Assembly: GCA_050084985.1 (NCBI GenBank) | Contig: JBITNC010000001.1 | Coordinates: 17,980,001 to 18,044,000 of the forward strand | From: Nageia nagi | Lineage: Eukaryota > Plantae > Pinophyta | DNA length: 64,000 nt | Reading direction: 5' to 3' | Shown: positions 27,362-38,485 of the stretch, piece after piece | How positions within the stretch are numbered: position 1 is the stretch's first letter | Layout of the letters: each line of letters begins with the position of its first letter | Notes under the pieces: model-generated | Databases searched by the model: none | The model's input: the letters and a program-made list of their open reading frames with translations, nothing else | What the model was told of the DNA's origin: nothing | Program-made: the position numbers and the translations under genes

Positions 27362-28287
27362 ATGCCACCGAAAAAAATTGCTACACCAACTAGACCTCTA
27401 GAGGGTTCATCCATGACTACGGCAAAAAGTGAAGACATATTCTTTCGAATATCCCAAGTGGAAGAATTGGTTAAAGAGTGTGTAAAAAAGGGTGATATGG
27501 AGGAATTAAAAAGGATTTGACAAAAGAGTTGGCAACTAAAATGGATCAATATATGGAAAAGATTTTTCAACTCATACAAAACCCAGAGGTAAATATTCCT
27601 AAAGATGTTGATATGGCCCAGGGTTATCAGGTAAATAATGATATTATTCAAGGAGATAAACCCTTCATTAATAAGCCTAATTCAGGAGGATATGCTTCTA
27701 CTGATGGAAGTAATCAAGCATGGTTCTCAAGGGGAATCCAAATCCCCAAGATCGACATGAGGAAGTTTGATGGAAGGGACCCCATCACTTGGATATTTCA
27801 AATGGAGCACTTTTTTGATCTACACCAAGTACCAACATCACAAAAAGTAACTATTGCATCCTTGTATCTAGAGCCTGAGCAGGTGGTATGGTACCAATGG
27901 CTTTGTGAACGTAAAAAGGGTTCTATTATATCTTGGTCCATTTTTACAGAGGAACTGATAGCCTACCATGAGGATGTTAAGAATAATTCCTTCTTTACTC
28001 AATTGATAAATCTAAGGCAAGAAGGTTCAGTGATGGAGCACATTCAACAATTTCAAAAGTTGAGTCTTAGAGTGAAGGATATACCAGATGATAGATTTTT
28101 GGATCTCTTTATGGGAATCTTAAAGGATAAAATTCAACATGAGGTGCATCTATTTGAACCAACATCCTTAGAGATGGCTTTTAGGATGGCAAGGAAGGTT
28201 GAAAGTAAAAATATGGCAATGGCTGAATATTCCACATGGGAAGATGAAAAATTTCTACAGAAGCATCCAGAACTACTAAAATGTTGA
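27362..28287 (+). CDS. Retrotransposon Gag (retrotrans_gag domain) fused to the last residues of an integrase chromodomain; 1-nt frameshift near 27510
   Basis: ATG 27362 (MPPKKIAT...) reads to the AAAAAGG run; ORF 27517-28287 contains PKIDMRKFDGRDPITWIFQMEHFF, LINLRQEGSVMEHIQQFQKL and ends EYSTWEDEKFLQKHPELLKC. Confidence 0.8.
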
Positions 28288-29103
28288 GGACAACATTTTT
28301 TTGAAGGAGAGGGGCATGTTAGGTCCCTATACATTATTATTGTTAGGTCGGCTATGGTTATTATTATTTCCTTACATTATTATTGTATGTCGGCTAGTGT
28401 CCTTTCATTGTAGTGGCACCCCTTGGACTCCTATATATACTAAGGAGGTATTATCATTTGAAGATGTCTATTGTTGTGTAATTGATGTGATGTAAAGGAG
28501 GTTGCCCCCTCGAAGTGGCTTATTACAAAGGAGGTTGCCCCCTCGAAGTGGCTTATTACAGATTTTATCTCTTATTCAATGCGTTGAGCTCTCTCTTTGG
28601 TGATTTTATGCTATTTTGGGAACTTTGTTCATAACAGATTAGAACCAAACAAAGAGAACATTTGAGGTAAGAGACATGGTGTACTTGAGGTTGCAGTCAT
28701 TCCGACAATCTTCACTCAAGAAGAGATCAGAGAACTTGTAGCCTAGGTTCTTTGGACCATACAAGATCCTACGCAAGATAGGAGAGGCTACCTATGAGTT
28801 GGAGATGCCCCACGAGAGCAAGATCCACAACACCTTCCACATCTCACTCCTGAAGAAGGCCATGGGACAGCAGAACGTTTCTTCCACTACTCTACCCTCA
28901 CTTGATGATGAGGGATGGCTGGTTTTGGTTCCTGAAAGAGTGCTGGAGACTAGGATCAAGAAATTAAGGTCCAAATAGTTTTAGGAATACATGATCAAAT
29001 GGAGGGATTTGTTGGATGAGGACTCCGCATGGGAAAGAGCAAAGATACTTGCACATCCTGCATTGAATTGCTTGAGGGCAAGCAATCTTGAGAGGGGAGG
29101 CTT

Positions 29104-30015
29104 TGTGACGTCCCCCTTGCATAAATAAAAATAATTATGAAATCTAATGGATTCCCCTTTTGTATTATATTTCATTATTGTTATTGTGCTTAAAGTTAGG
29201 ACTTGGGATACAAGACTTAATAGGTCAATGGACTCCACTGTGAGCCCCAAGTGGGACGTCTCCCTCCCAAGCATAAATTAGAAGTTTTATTGTACTTGGA
29301 AATCCCGATCATGATTGTGGGAATCCCAAGGTCTATTTAGCACTTAGGTGGATGGATGAGCACTTATTTACATGCACCAACCTTGGGAAGACTACTAGAC
29401 CCCCACGTTGGCATTTATCATCCAAAAGATAAGAAAACTTAGCGCAACGCTAAGCAAACCCTTAGGTGCAACATCTAGGAGGATTAGCAAGCTGAGGGAT
29501 CTTGATAGTCTACAACACTGGTGTAGCACCCTTTTCCATCCGATAGTATTCCGAGGTTGCGCTTCTACCATTTAGTTAGTCACCAGGATCATAGAAGGGC
29601 TCCTTTGATGGAGAGGATTCGAGTTCTGAGGGAGCTAGACTATCCCATTCATCCATCCAATTTGAGAACATTGGTGTGCCCTAGTTGGCTCCTTGGAGGC
29701 CGACATCTAGCTCTGGGACCTTGGTATTATATCATTGTTCATTTCATATCATTATACAACCATTGGGCCATTCGATCTCCAATTTACATTGTGCACTTGC
29801 TCATGTTTGCAATGTTGAGTTATCTTTGCATGTATACGATTGTGTGATCCATACGTTGGCATTTTGTAGTGTTGTATATTGCTAACTACTAGTTTGGGCT
29901 AGACATTGGCATTGTGGTGTTGTGTATGCATTATTTGAATGCCCTAGACCATACGTTAGGGTTTACTTGTGTGTTTTAAGCATTTTGCACTTGATATTGT
30001 ATTCAAATCTTTACA
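29104..30015 (+). repeat. 3' LTR of element B (912 bp)
   Basis: Starts TGTGACGTCCCCC and ends CTTTACA. Confidence 0.92.
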
Positions 30016-30929
30016 ATTTGTCTCCATTCACTAGATGATGCATGTGATTAGATGTGTTGTCTCCAATCATGGTAATTGGAGATTATGATTGGATATGTGT
30101 TCGCAATCATAATGGATAGCTGTGTTTATCCTTGTTCATAAGTTTGATGTTGGATAGATGTGTTTGTCCTTTACCACATTTGTTGTATGACCTTGGATAG
30201 AAGTGTTCGTCTCTATCCATGGTTCCTTAGGTAGATGTGTTTGTCACTATCCAATTTTTGTGATGAATCATGGATGTTTGAGTGTGTCCCTCATCAAATG
30301 AAGAAACATAGTGAGGTGAGTTCCACTATTGCTTATCATGAGTATATGTGTAGGTCTCTACTCATACCTTGTGTTTGTTGAACTACTTTGTGTTCATCAA
30401 GTATTACACTATTCCCATTTAGAGATTGATGTAATAAAAGGGGTATTAGTATCATTACATCATTAGTGTGTTTGTTGTATAGATTCATTCATGGATCACT
30501 CATGTCTAGTTCATTAGGATTGTTACATTGTGATTCTCTTGTTACAGTTAGTTATTTGTCACAAGGTTTGTCATTATCACTATGTATAAATATGTACCAT
30601 CTATAATAGAATAACATGACAGTACTCAGAAATCTTACATGATAGTTATGAGCCCATCTATAAACTAAATTCAACTACATCTGAAAACTAAAACCCTAAA
30701 GCTTATTCATTCTACACAGCAAGAAGAAAAGAAGATTACAACAGCAAAGAGATATTAGAAAAGAAGACTACAGAGCAAAGAAAAAAGAAGACTACAACAG
30801 CAAGGAGACTAAAATGAAGCAAAACACATATATGAAGTTATGAATAGATTAGAAGCATATTGGAGTTACACTGTTTTCACTTTTTAAGCTTTGTACACTC
30901 AGAAGTGCAATCCTCATGCTATAATACAA

Positions 30930-31370
30930 CAATTCATATGGCAACAATCCATATGCTAACGTCAACGGTCCATATGTTGATGACAACAGTCTATATGCTA
31001 ATGACAATAGTCTTTAATTGTATGTTAATGACAACAGTCCATACTTATTATAGTATTAGTTGTAGTTGTATGTAATGACAACAGTCAATACTTGCATGCT
31101 AATGACATCAGTCAATATAACAGCAGCCCATACTCTATGCTAATGAACATAGTCCATAAAAAAATATCTGTCCATAATTTATGCAAATCATAAGAGTCAA
31201 CATGGCAACAATCCATCCTGTATGCTAGTGATAACAGCCCATATAACATAAGTCCACACCATATGATGACATCAGTCCACACTGTATGCAACTGAAAATA
31301 ATGAACAATCCATAGGCTTATGACAGTAGTCCATAATAACAGTTGCCATAATGACAACACTCTTATGACT
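30930..31370 (+). repeat. Degenerate minisatellite, about 21-bp unit ATGCTAATGACAACAGTCCAT
   Basis: Many diverged copies visible. Confidence 0.8.
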
Positions 31371-32899
31371 AAAGTTTATGAAGTATGCTAAAAACAATAT
31401 TCCACACCCGTATGCAAATGGCAATATGTTAATAAAAATCTTTTGTATTTAATAAGTTTTAAACTTTTTAATTTTTGTTAATAAGTTTATATATATATAT
31501 ATATATAGCCATCCCCTTCTACCGTCCCTTAAAATGGGTTCCCCATATCTCTGTCCCTGAAGCTTGTCACCCTGTCTTCTGCCATCCTCGCTTCCAAGAA
31601 TCCACGGAACCTTGCAATTTGCAATCTAGGTAATACTGTTTTCACTAATGGGAAGAAGATTGAATCTTCAAAATCAAGATGAAAATGTGGTGTTTCATTT
31701 GAATGTGGGGTTGACCTTTCCATGTTCAATACCCATGGCGTAAAGAATACTCTTTGCATGTGCAATAGTGGTGAATCCTTGGGAGGCAAGCATCAAATAT
31801 CTAGATGAGTGGGCTATGACTACAAAAAGGTATGCTTTAAAAAACAGTATATTCTTACCTCTTCAATTGGATTATACACAAAATCAATATTTTAACTGGC
31901 CAATATCTGAAGTAGAAGACCTTTGATAGAGTTTTTGGCATATATGGCTATGAAAGCTTTAAAGAAAATAGCATTGAGCAATTTTGTATCGAATTTGTGG
32001 ATGAGAAGTTGCAACAACATTTTGATTAAGTTCTTTTTAAAATACAGGAGTATAGAGGAGAATAAATTAATTGGAGCTACATTGCTTTATAGATAATCAT
32101 GATTCATGGTTTTCTAGATCTTATAGTTGTATGCTTATAAGATTAACAAGTAAATAATTTACCCAGAACCTTGACACAACCTTAGGCAAGGTTTCCCAGG
32201 ATTGATTTCACTAATGCTTCTTATCATTTTTTACACAACTAATCAGCCTTATAAATATACATATCATCTTTCTTCATGTTTAACACAGAACGCCATTACT
32301 GTTAAGAAGTTACAATATTTAATTATTAGCATTGTTTTGAATCATAACACAACTCAAAACATGAACTTACATTTTGAAGGGAGCTTCTTGACACGGAATA
32401 AAGCTGGTGATTCTTAAGGCTGTCATGCCATTGGAAGTCTCGCAGAAGGAATATAAATCAGTCATTATCAAAACAAGCACTTTTAACAACCCAAAGATTC
32501 CACTTATAGCAAAAATCACCCCCGCCCAAAGAAAACTTAGAATTTTCCCTTTTTTCTGTAGCTGTCAACTCGAAGGTAGTTTTGACTCTTAAGCATTAAT
32601 GGTCCAATGGTGTACTTGAGATTTGCATTATCCATCTTCCAACAAATCAAAAGTTTTGTCACTCGCAAGATAATTACAGCTCCCCTTCAATGCAGGTGTT
32701 CAGAAAGCTAATTATCAAGTTAGCTGCATTAAACTCCATTATCATAAGGTATCCCATGAAGACTAGATAGCGAATGGACAAGAAACCTTTTCCATCATCC
32801 CTAAAAAGCAGATAGCAATGCCAACATGACAAAATGAATAACTAGAAACAGCTTCACCATTTAACTTCATGGCATCTCCCCAGCTCAAATCTCTGAGCA

Positions 32900-33560
32900 A
32901 TTTATAAGTCACTTATTTGCTAAAACTTACATCCTTGTAGGACAAAAGGTTTTGAAGACAAAAGATTGCTGTTCCACATTTCCCATGGCCCTGATTTAAC
33001 ATGCTTTCATTTATAATTCCATGTACACATCCATCTCTGAGTCTCAACCATGCTACATGGAAGGTAGTTGTTAACCAAATAAGCAAACTGCGTCATGAGG
33101 TTATACACATGATAGGGCAAACTATCAATTCTTATAAAAAAATACACTCCATCCTCCATGTCTTAGACCAATCATAGATTCTCCTCTATATCTCTTTCAA
33201 CTCAATGACAAATTTGTAAAGACAAACATATTATCTGCAATCAATGCCAGCAGCAAAGCCAAATTGAGAATGATAATGCTTAAATCTTGAAGATCTTTCG
33301 TTATATCATTTTGTTAAAAGAGGGTGGAAGAGGTCAGACACCTTTGTCCAACTCTCTTCCTAACTTATAAGAGATTAAATCCTTGTGTGCTGGACCTATA
33401 AAACTATTTTGCAACTGGATGAAGGGCACAACCTTACCACTCACTCCTTAAGCTCACAAATTCTTCATTTAACCTTGTGATGAACCATGCCATAAGCCTT
33501 CTTTAAGTTAGTAAATGGCACATGTTAGTTTATTAAATTTAACCTTCCTCTTGACAAGTT
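32900..33560 (-). mobile_element. Highly decayed LINE RT fragment
   Basis: Minus-strand HVPFTNLKKAYGMV (F.D..KAYD-like) at about 33480-33525; GCAL(H)P motif at about 33420-33440; ADNMFVF at about 33220-33240. Confidence 0.45.
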
Positions 33561-34106
33561 ATTCTTCCTGAAGCAACTGAAACAAAGTTTCTATAATCTG
33601 ACTCTGCCTCTATTCCCACCGTTGGTTTGACTCCGATTGTAAAGATTCCCATTGCCGCTTCTACTGTTATCTCCTTAGGACTAAGAAACACCACTTCAAA
33701 AGGAGATTAGAGGTCATTTCCTCCCTCCATTCCAATCCCATATCAGTTTGGCACTCCTTCCTTCCTAAGAAACACATCATGAGTTCCATCTCTCTTCATA
33801 CTTGGAAGGACTACGCCTCTAGCCTTTACACTATCATCGGACATTCCCCTCCCACTGCTGACCTCTTACTTTTGACTTCTGCTCGGCCCCCCTCATCCAT
33901 TCCACCATTTTAGCGACTTAATTCTGGAAAAACTCCCGAAATTGAAAAACCTCCAAGGCGAGTTCCTCAAGCATGCTAAAGCCACCCTTATCTCTCGAGG
34001 CTCTTCAACAATGTTATCTGCTCAAGTTTTCCATCTTCTTGGACCTCCAACATCATCCACCCTATCTTCAAATCCGACGATCCCAGCAAACCAAGTAATT
34101 ACTGCA

Positions 34107-35015
34107 TGTAATGTCCCCATTTTTGGCATCCCTTTCATGTAATGTACTTTAATGTTTGACTTGATCAACATGGAGTGGGACGTCCCCCTTGTGGGAATAA
34201 ATAGGTATGTTTTTATTATAACTAGGTGTATTTTTTATAAATAATAATGAGGCATCATAATGTCTTTGTTTAGTGTTGTGTTTGAGATCTCAAGGAGAAA
34301 TTAAAAGATCCTAGAAGGGACACCCAACTATAAAGAGGAGCATCCCACGTTGAGGGATGCTTTTGGATTTCATTTCTGGACTTCAATTGGAGAGAGCAGT
34401 TGAATCAGTTGTTTTACCTTTCCTATGGACAAAATCCTACAGAAGCAAGATCTAGAGGATGAAAACCCTCTTAGATATGAGATCTTAACTTAAAAACCAA
34501 AACCCTTGAGATCTCCATTGGTGGATCCATCCTTGGTTCACATTTGAGCTTACTAGTATTTTCTACATTCAGGTCTGAGTTTTCTAAGGCCCATAGTTAG
34601 ACGTGCATCCTTGCGAGAGTCAAATTGTCTTGAGGCATTCCAGCCTTGCCCATACTCAGACATCCACCAGTTTGAAGGTTTGGAAGCAGTTTGTGAGCAT
34701 TCAACGCTAGGATTTGTGCCCCACAAGCCCAACGTTCAGCCTTGAAGACAGTTTGGTGCATTTCACTTCAGATCTGTAATTGGAGGCATTTTGATGGTAT
34801 TTCTTGCCTTGATTTGGGCTGTACTAAATTTTCTCATTAAATAAAGCTTGGTGTTGTGTTGGATCTGCAAATTTTGTGTCCAAAATACCTAAATTTGATT
34901 TGGTTTGCTTAGATCTGTATTTTTCTTTCAGTATTATTTCAGAATCCGCAATTTAGGCTTGAATTTTAGTAGATCTGCATGCCCAGGGTTTGTATTTCAG
35001 TTTGGGCACATTACA
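34107..35015 (+). repeat. 5' LTR of element D (909 bp)
   Basis: Homologous to 39128-39989 with scattered substitutions and indels. Confidence 0.93.
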
Positions 35016-36365
35016 GTGGTATTAAAGCATAGATCTTGCCAGCCTGTGAATCATGGATTATGATGAAGAATCAAATCATTCGAAGATAGGATTGATCGAA
35101 TGAACAATCTAATGAAACAATTGATCCAGGGCATACCTGTGCAATCCCATGTGGCTACATCATCTCAGCCAGCTTAGGGTGAGAGATTGACAATACCTAC
35201 CAAATATGGGCCTACACACCTAACAATTCATGTTGCTACACAAGATCAGGGAGGTTAGAACTCAGCTGCTCATTCTTTACCCATGTTTCTACGGAGATTG
35301 TTGTTAGGAAAGCCAAGCACACAGATCTACAATTAATGGTGACCATCAGCCACAAGAAGAGGTAGAACAAAACAGAAATTTTGACAAGGGTTGCTCTTTA
35401 TATGGAGCTGACATCAAAAAATTGAGTCTGATCCAGAGCTTCAAGTCCCAGTCGATCAGCTCGTTGAAGGTCATGCTAGAATCGAGAGAACAATATCTCA
35501 TTTAGAAGATACAAGTGCAAAAGAGGATGAGGAACAAAATGACAAGACAGCCATGCACACTGAAGATTTTAATGATCTGCAATTGCATAAAACTACAGGC
35601 ACAAACATATCTTCTTTCTCTTTTGAGGAAACTAATGGTTTGAGATTTGAAGATGTTGAGGATGTAAATACTGCTACCTTGAGTATCTACACCCAAAATG
35701 TTGAATTGGTTGAATCTAAAATTAAAAATGATGCAGTGGATATAGTGCCTAATACCAATGGTAAAAATGTTGCATTTGATACATTGTCTGATCCTGCAGT
35801 CATTGCCAAATCTGAGATCAGAGATGGCCTTACAGTTGTGCCCCAATCTGACCCTAGTTCATTATTTACATCTGAATCTGCAAATCATGCATCTCCTTTT
35901 GTTGAATGTTGTTTTGAAACCAAATCTGTTCACGACATCAATGTAAGTAACGGTGTTTCTCAAACACTGTTATCAGAAACTGGTGCAACATTTCAGAATG
36001 TCGATAGAGTTCTGTTGTTTTGCCTGTTTCAGGGTCAGTTTCAGTGAATTTTTCTTCTGATACCCAGAATGCTGAAATAAATTTTAAAGAGGGAGAGAAT
36101 TCCATGGAAAGAACTCCAGCAGTTTTTGATATTTCTCACTAATCTTACCGTAGTGATACTATAATACCAGAACCTCCCTTAAGTGTCTGAAACAGTACAA
36201 ATTATTACTGTTAATGATTTTAGTGAATCTGTTTAAATTCAAAAACTTAGTGCAAGTGGGGTTAATAAAACAGATGATGCTGTTAATTTAGTGGATGTGA
36301 ATGGCATCGATTTGAATAGCAGAATATCTACATTTGAGTCCTTGATATCATAAGATTCTGAATGT

Positions 36366-36512
36366 TCCTTCCCATCTATTCAAGAATTAGCAGAGGCTGG
36401 ATTGATTTCTTGCAAGTTACCAAATCATTTTCTGTTCTCACCTGATAGTCCACTTGCGAAACAAGACGTAATCAGTTGGAAGGTCGCTTTAGGAAAAAAA
36501 CAATTACCAGTG
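36366..36512 (+). pseudogene. Captured fragment of an S-layer-homology (SLH) domain plastid protein (At5g23890/At5g52410-like)
   Basis: Manual translation SFPSIQELAEAGLISCKLPNHFLFSPDSPLAKQDVISWKVALGKKQLP resembles the recalled FPxIQGLAEAGLISSKLS..FSPESPLSRQDLVSWKMALEKRQLP. Confidence 0.7.
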
Positions 36513-36679
36513 GATTCCAATGCTATTTCATTGAAGCCAGAATACACTACAGTAGAGAAAGTGAATTTTTTATCAGCCTAAGAGGAAATATCTTGAAGAA
36601 AAATCAAGAGGAAAATACATGTGATTGTTCAGTTCCATATCTGCTTTGCTTGTTGGCCCCTCGGCCAATTGGTTCAAGA

Positions 36680-37497
36680 GTGCAAAACAGGTGATTGGCT
36701 TGCATAGTGGTGCATTACTAGGTGTTTTGTATAGGATGCCTAGGCGGGTAACCCCAGGATCTACAACTGTTACTTCAGTTATGCAGTCATCTTCTTTATC
36801 AAGCCTTGCTCCAAATGGAAGTGGTATGCTTTCATCCTTTGGAGCTGTGGAAGATGGAACATTTGCATCTCTGAGATTTCCAGTTGGTGAAGGTCCAGTC
36901 AATTTCTGGCTTTATAGTCAGGAAACATTCCAACCAGTAAGTGGATTCCTTCCTCAGCCGGAATGGACTGCAGGGATGAAACAGTGGAGTACTGTGCTTT
37001 TGCATATCAACAGTATATAGTAATTGCTTCACTTCGACCTCAATTTCAGTTAGTTGGAGATGTAGCTATTGTTGCTTATACAGGAGGTGTATGGCATTGC
37101 CAACAACTGTTTGTAGCTACGCCTACTACAATTGAATGTGTCTCTGTGGATTCTGATGTAAGGAAGTAGAAGGAAGAAACGAGAGGTAATGAAGTAGCTA
37201 TTGCTGGAGGTAGTGTCTGTGTGGCTGTTAGTCGCTTTACCCCAGAGCAGAGACATCCTGTTGGGCCTCTTCTTGTTGGTGGTGTTAGGGATGGAGTCCT
37301 CTAGCTTGTTGACAAATATATGAATGCTCATGTTATCAGTCTTACCTATGCTGGCATTTGTTGTCACTGTCTTGCTGCATATGGAGATGCTGCTGAGTGC
37401 TAGACTTGGTGGAGAGCATTATGATGATCTGGCACAGTTTATGATTGGTATGGGTTATGCAACTGAAGCCCTTCATTTTCCAGGAATCGCTAAAAGG
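36680..37497 (+). pseudogene. TWD40-2: Captured fragment of TPLATE/TSET complex WD40 subunit (At5g24710-like)
   Basis: KQVIGLHSGALLGVLYR; FLPQPEWTA|DETVEYCAFAYQQYIVIASLRPQF..GDVAI..TGGVWH.QQLFVATPTTIECV; EQRHPVGPLLVGGVRDGVL; HYDDLAQFMIGMGYATEALHFPGIAKR; frameshifted and internally deleted. Confidence 0.85.
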
Positions 37498-37499
37498 AA

Positions 37500-38040
37500 A
37501 CACTACATGCAAGTTAATTTGGATGAAGCACTTGGTTCATTGTTGCCCTCAAATCAAAAGAATGATGAGATATGTTCCATAACATTTAGCGTTCTTCACC
37601 TTTGCCATCAGATCTTAGAAGCAAATACAATTTCAGCAGAACATCTGACTTTGCAACAGCAGGTTCATTTAGATTCGAATTTAGACTACCCATGGCTATT
37701 TCTGCTTAGACATTTATCTGATCCCATAAAGACTACTTTTGCTTCTCCTATACTGACCCACAGTAATAGCAGCTGTTACAAAACTGTACTGACAACTGAA
37801 AATCAGATCATGCATTCAGCAGTGGCAGGGTTACAGGAATTGGCTTTATTTCTAGGATGTCTTTCACCCCTTTCGGAAGACCAATACAGAAATGTTTTAC
37901 CGCTCTTAGTTTCTATTCTGTTAAAAGAGCATGATAAAGTTCCTTTATGGGAGCGTGTGTTGGAGGCACTTGGCTTGATTGGCACATCACTGGAGAAGTT
38001 CAATGATACTAGAATTTTATGTTTCCTGAAGGAAGTAATA
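37500..38040 (+). pseudogene. MMS19: Captured fragment of MMS19/MET18 (cytosolic Fe-S cluster assembly targeting factor)
   Basis: SAVAGLQELALFLGCLSPLSEDQYRNVLPLLVSILLKEHDKVPLWERVLEALGLIGTSLEKFND resembles the recalled plant MMS19 GVKGLQILATF.G..P.S...FENIL..L.SII......LW.LALKAL..IGSFI.R. Confidence 0.65.
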
Positions 38041-38485
38041 TCAGCACTTAAATCAGGCAGTGCTGATTCAAGTTGCTTGGAAACATGTGTTCCTGCAAGT
38101 CTTGCACAAAGCAAAGTGGAAGATTCCTGTTCACCCAGATCAGAAATGTGTCAAAATTCTGGAAAAATAATGCTCCCTAGTCATGCAGCCGTTGAAACTG
38201 TCATTGTAGTTGAAAGAACATCTAATCCTCAATCATCAAATTCAGTCACAGTAATTTCTGAATCTAAAAATACAAGTTCACAGGTCCAGAATTTTAGGCG
38301 TTGCAACTGATCTGTTAAAAGATATTGTATATGGTGATTTGACTATGTCAATTATCAGCCTTGGAGTTGTCTCCTTTCCAGCTGGGGAGGTTGCAAAAAC
38401 AGTGACTGTTCCTGATTTAGTGATTTTCAACAACATGTTGGATCTTAATCACTACCACCAAGAGAAGTTCATAGAAACAGTTGGA

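Larger units (their letters stand above)
26004..28636 (+). mobile_element. Young non-autonomous gag-only LTR retrotransposon (TR-GAG-like), element C, 2633 bp
   Basis: 320-bp LTRs (26004-26323, 28317-28636) identical by eye; TG..CA termini; TSD GATTA at 25999-26003 and 28637-28641; PBS TGGTACCAGAGC at 26326; PPT GAAGGAGAGGGGCA. Confidence 0.97.
23530..29103 (+). pseudogene. pol of element B (RT, RNase H, integrase, chromodomain), interrupted at 26004-28636
   Basis: TPYRHPKIYKDEIEK, SKIDLRSGYHQI, VFFHDILVY, MDFITGLSK, YHPQTDG; after the insertion, PRFFGPYKIL and chromodomain EYMIKWRDLLDEDSAWE. Confidence 0.92.
21839..30015 (+). mobile_element. Ty3/gypsy chromovirus (Reina-like), element B; degenerate, with most of gag/protease deleted
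   Basis: TSD ATTTG at 21834-21838 and 30016-30020; LTRs 21839-23022 and 29104-30015; PBS TGGTATCAAAGT at 23024; PPT GAGAGGGGAGG before 29104. Confidence 0.95.
21821..30639 (+). repeat. Old LTR (about 21821-21838 plus 30021-30639) interrupted by element B
   Basis: GATGGATGCATTTG|TCTCCATTCAC is continuous across element B; internal GATAGATGTGTTYGTC repeats; ends CTTACA at 30639; 3' part homologous to 10417-10566. Confidence 0.6.
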
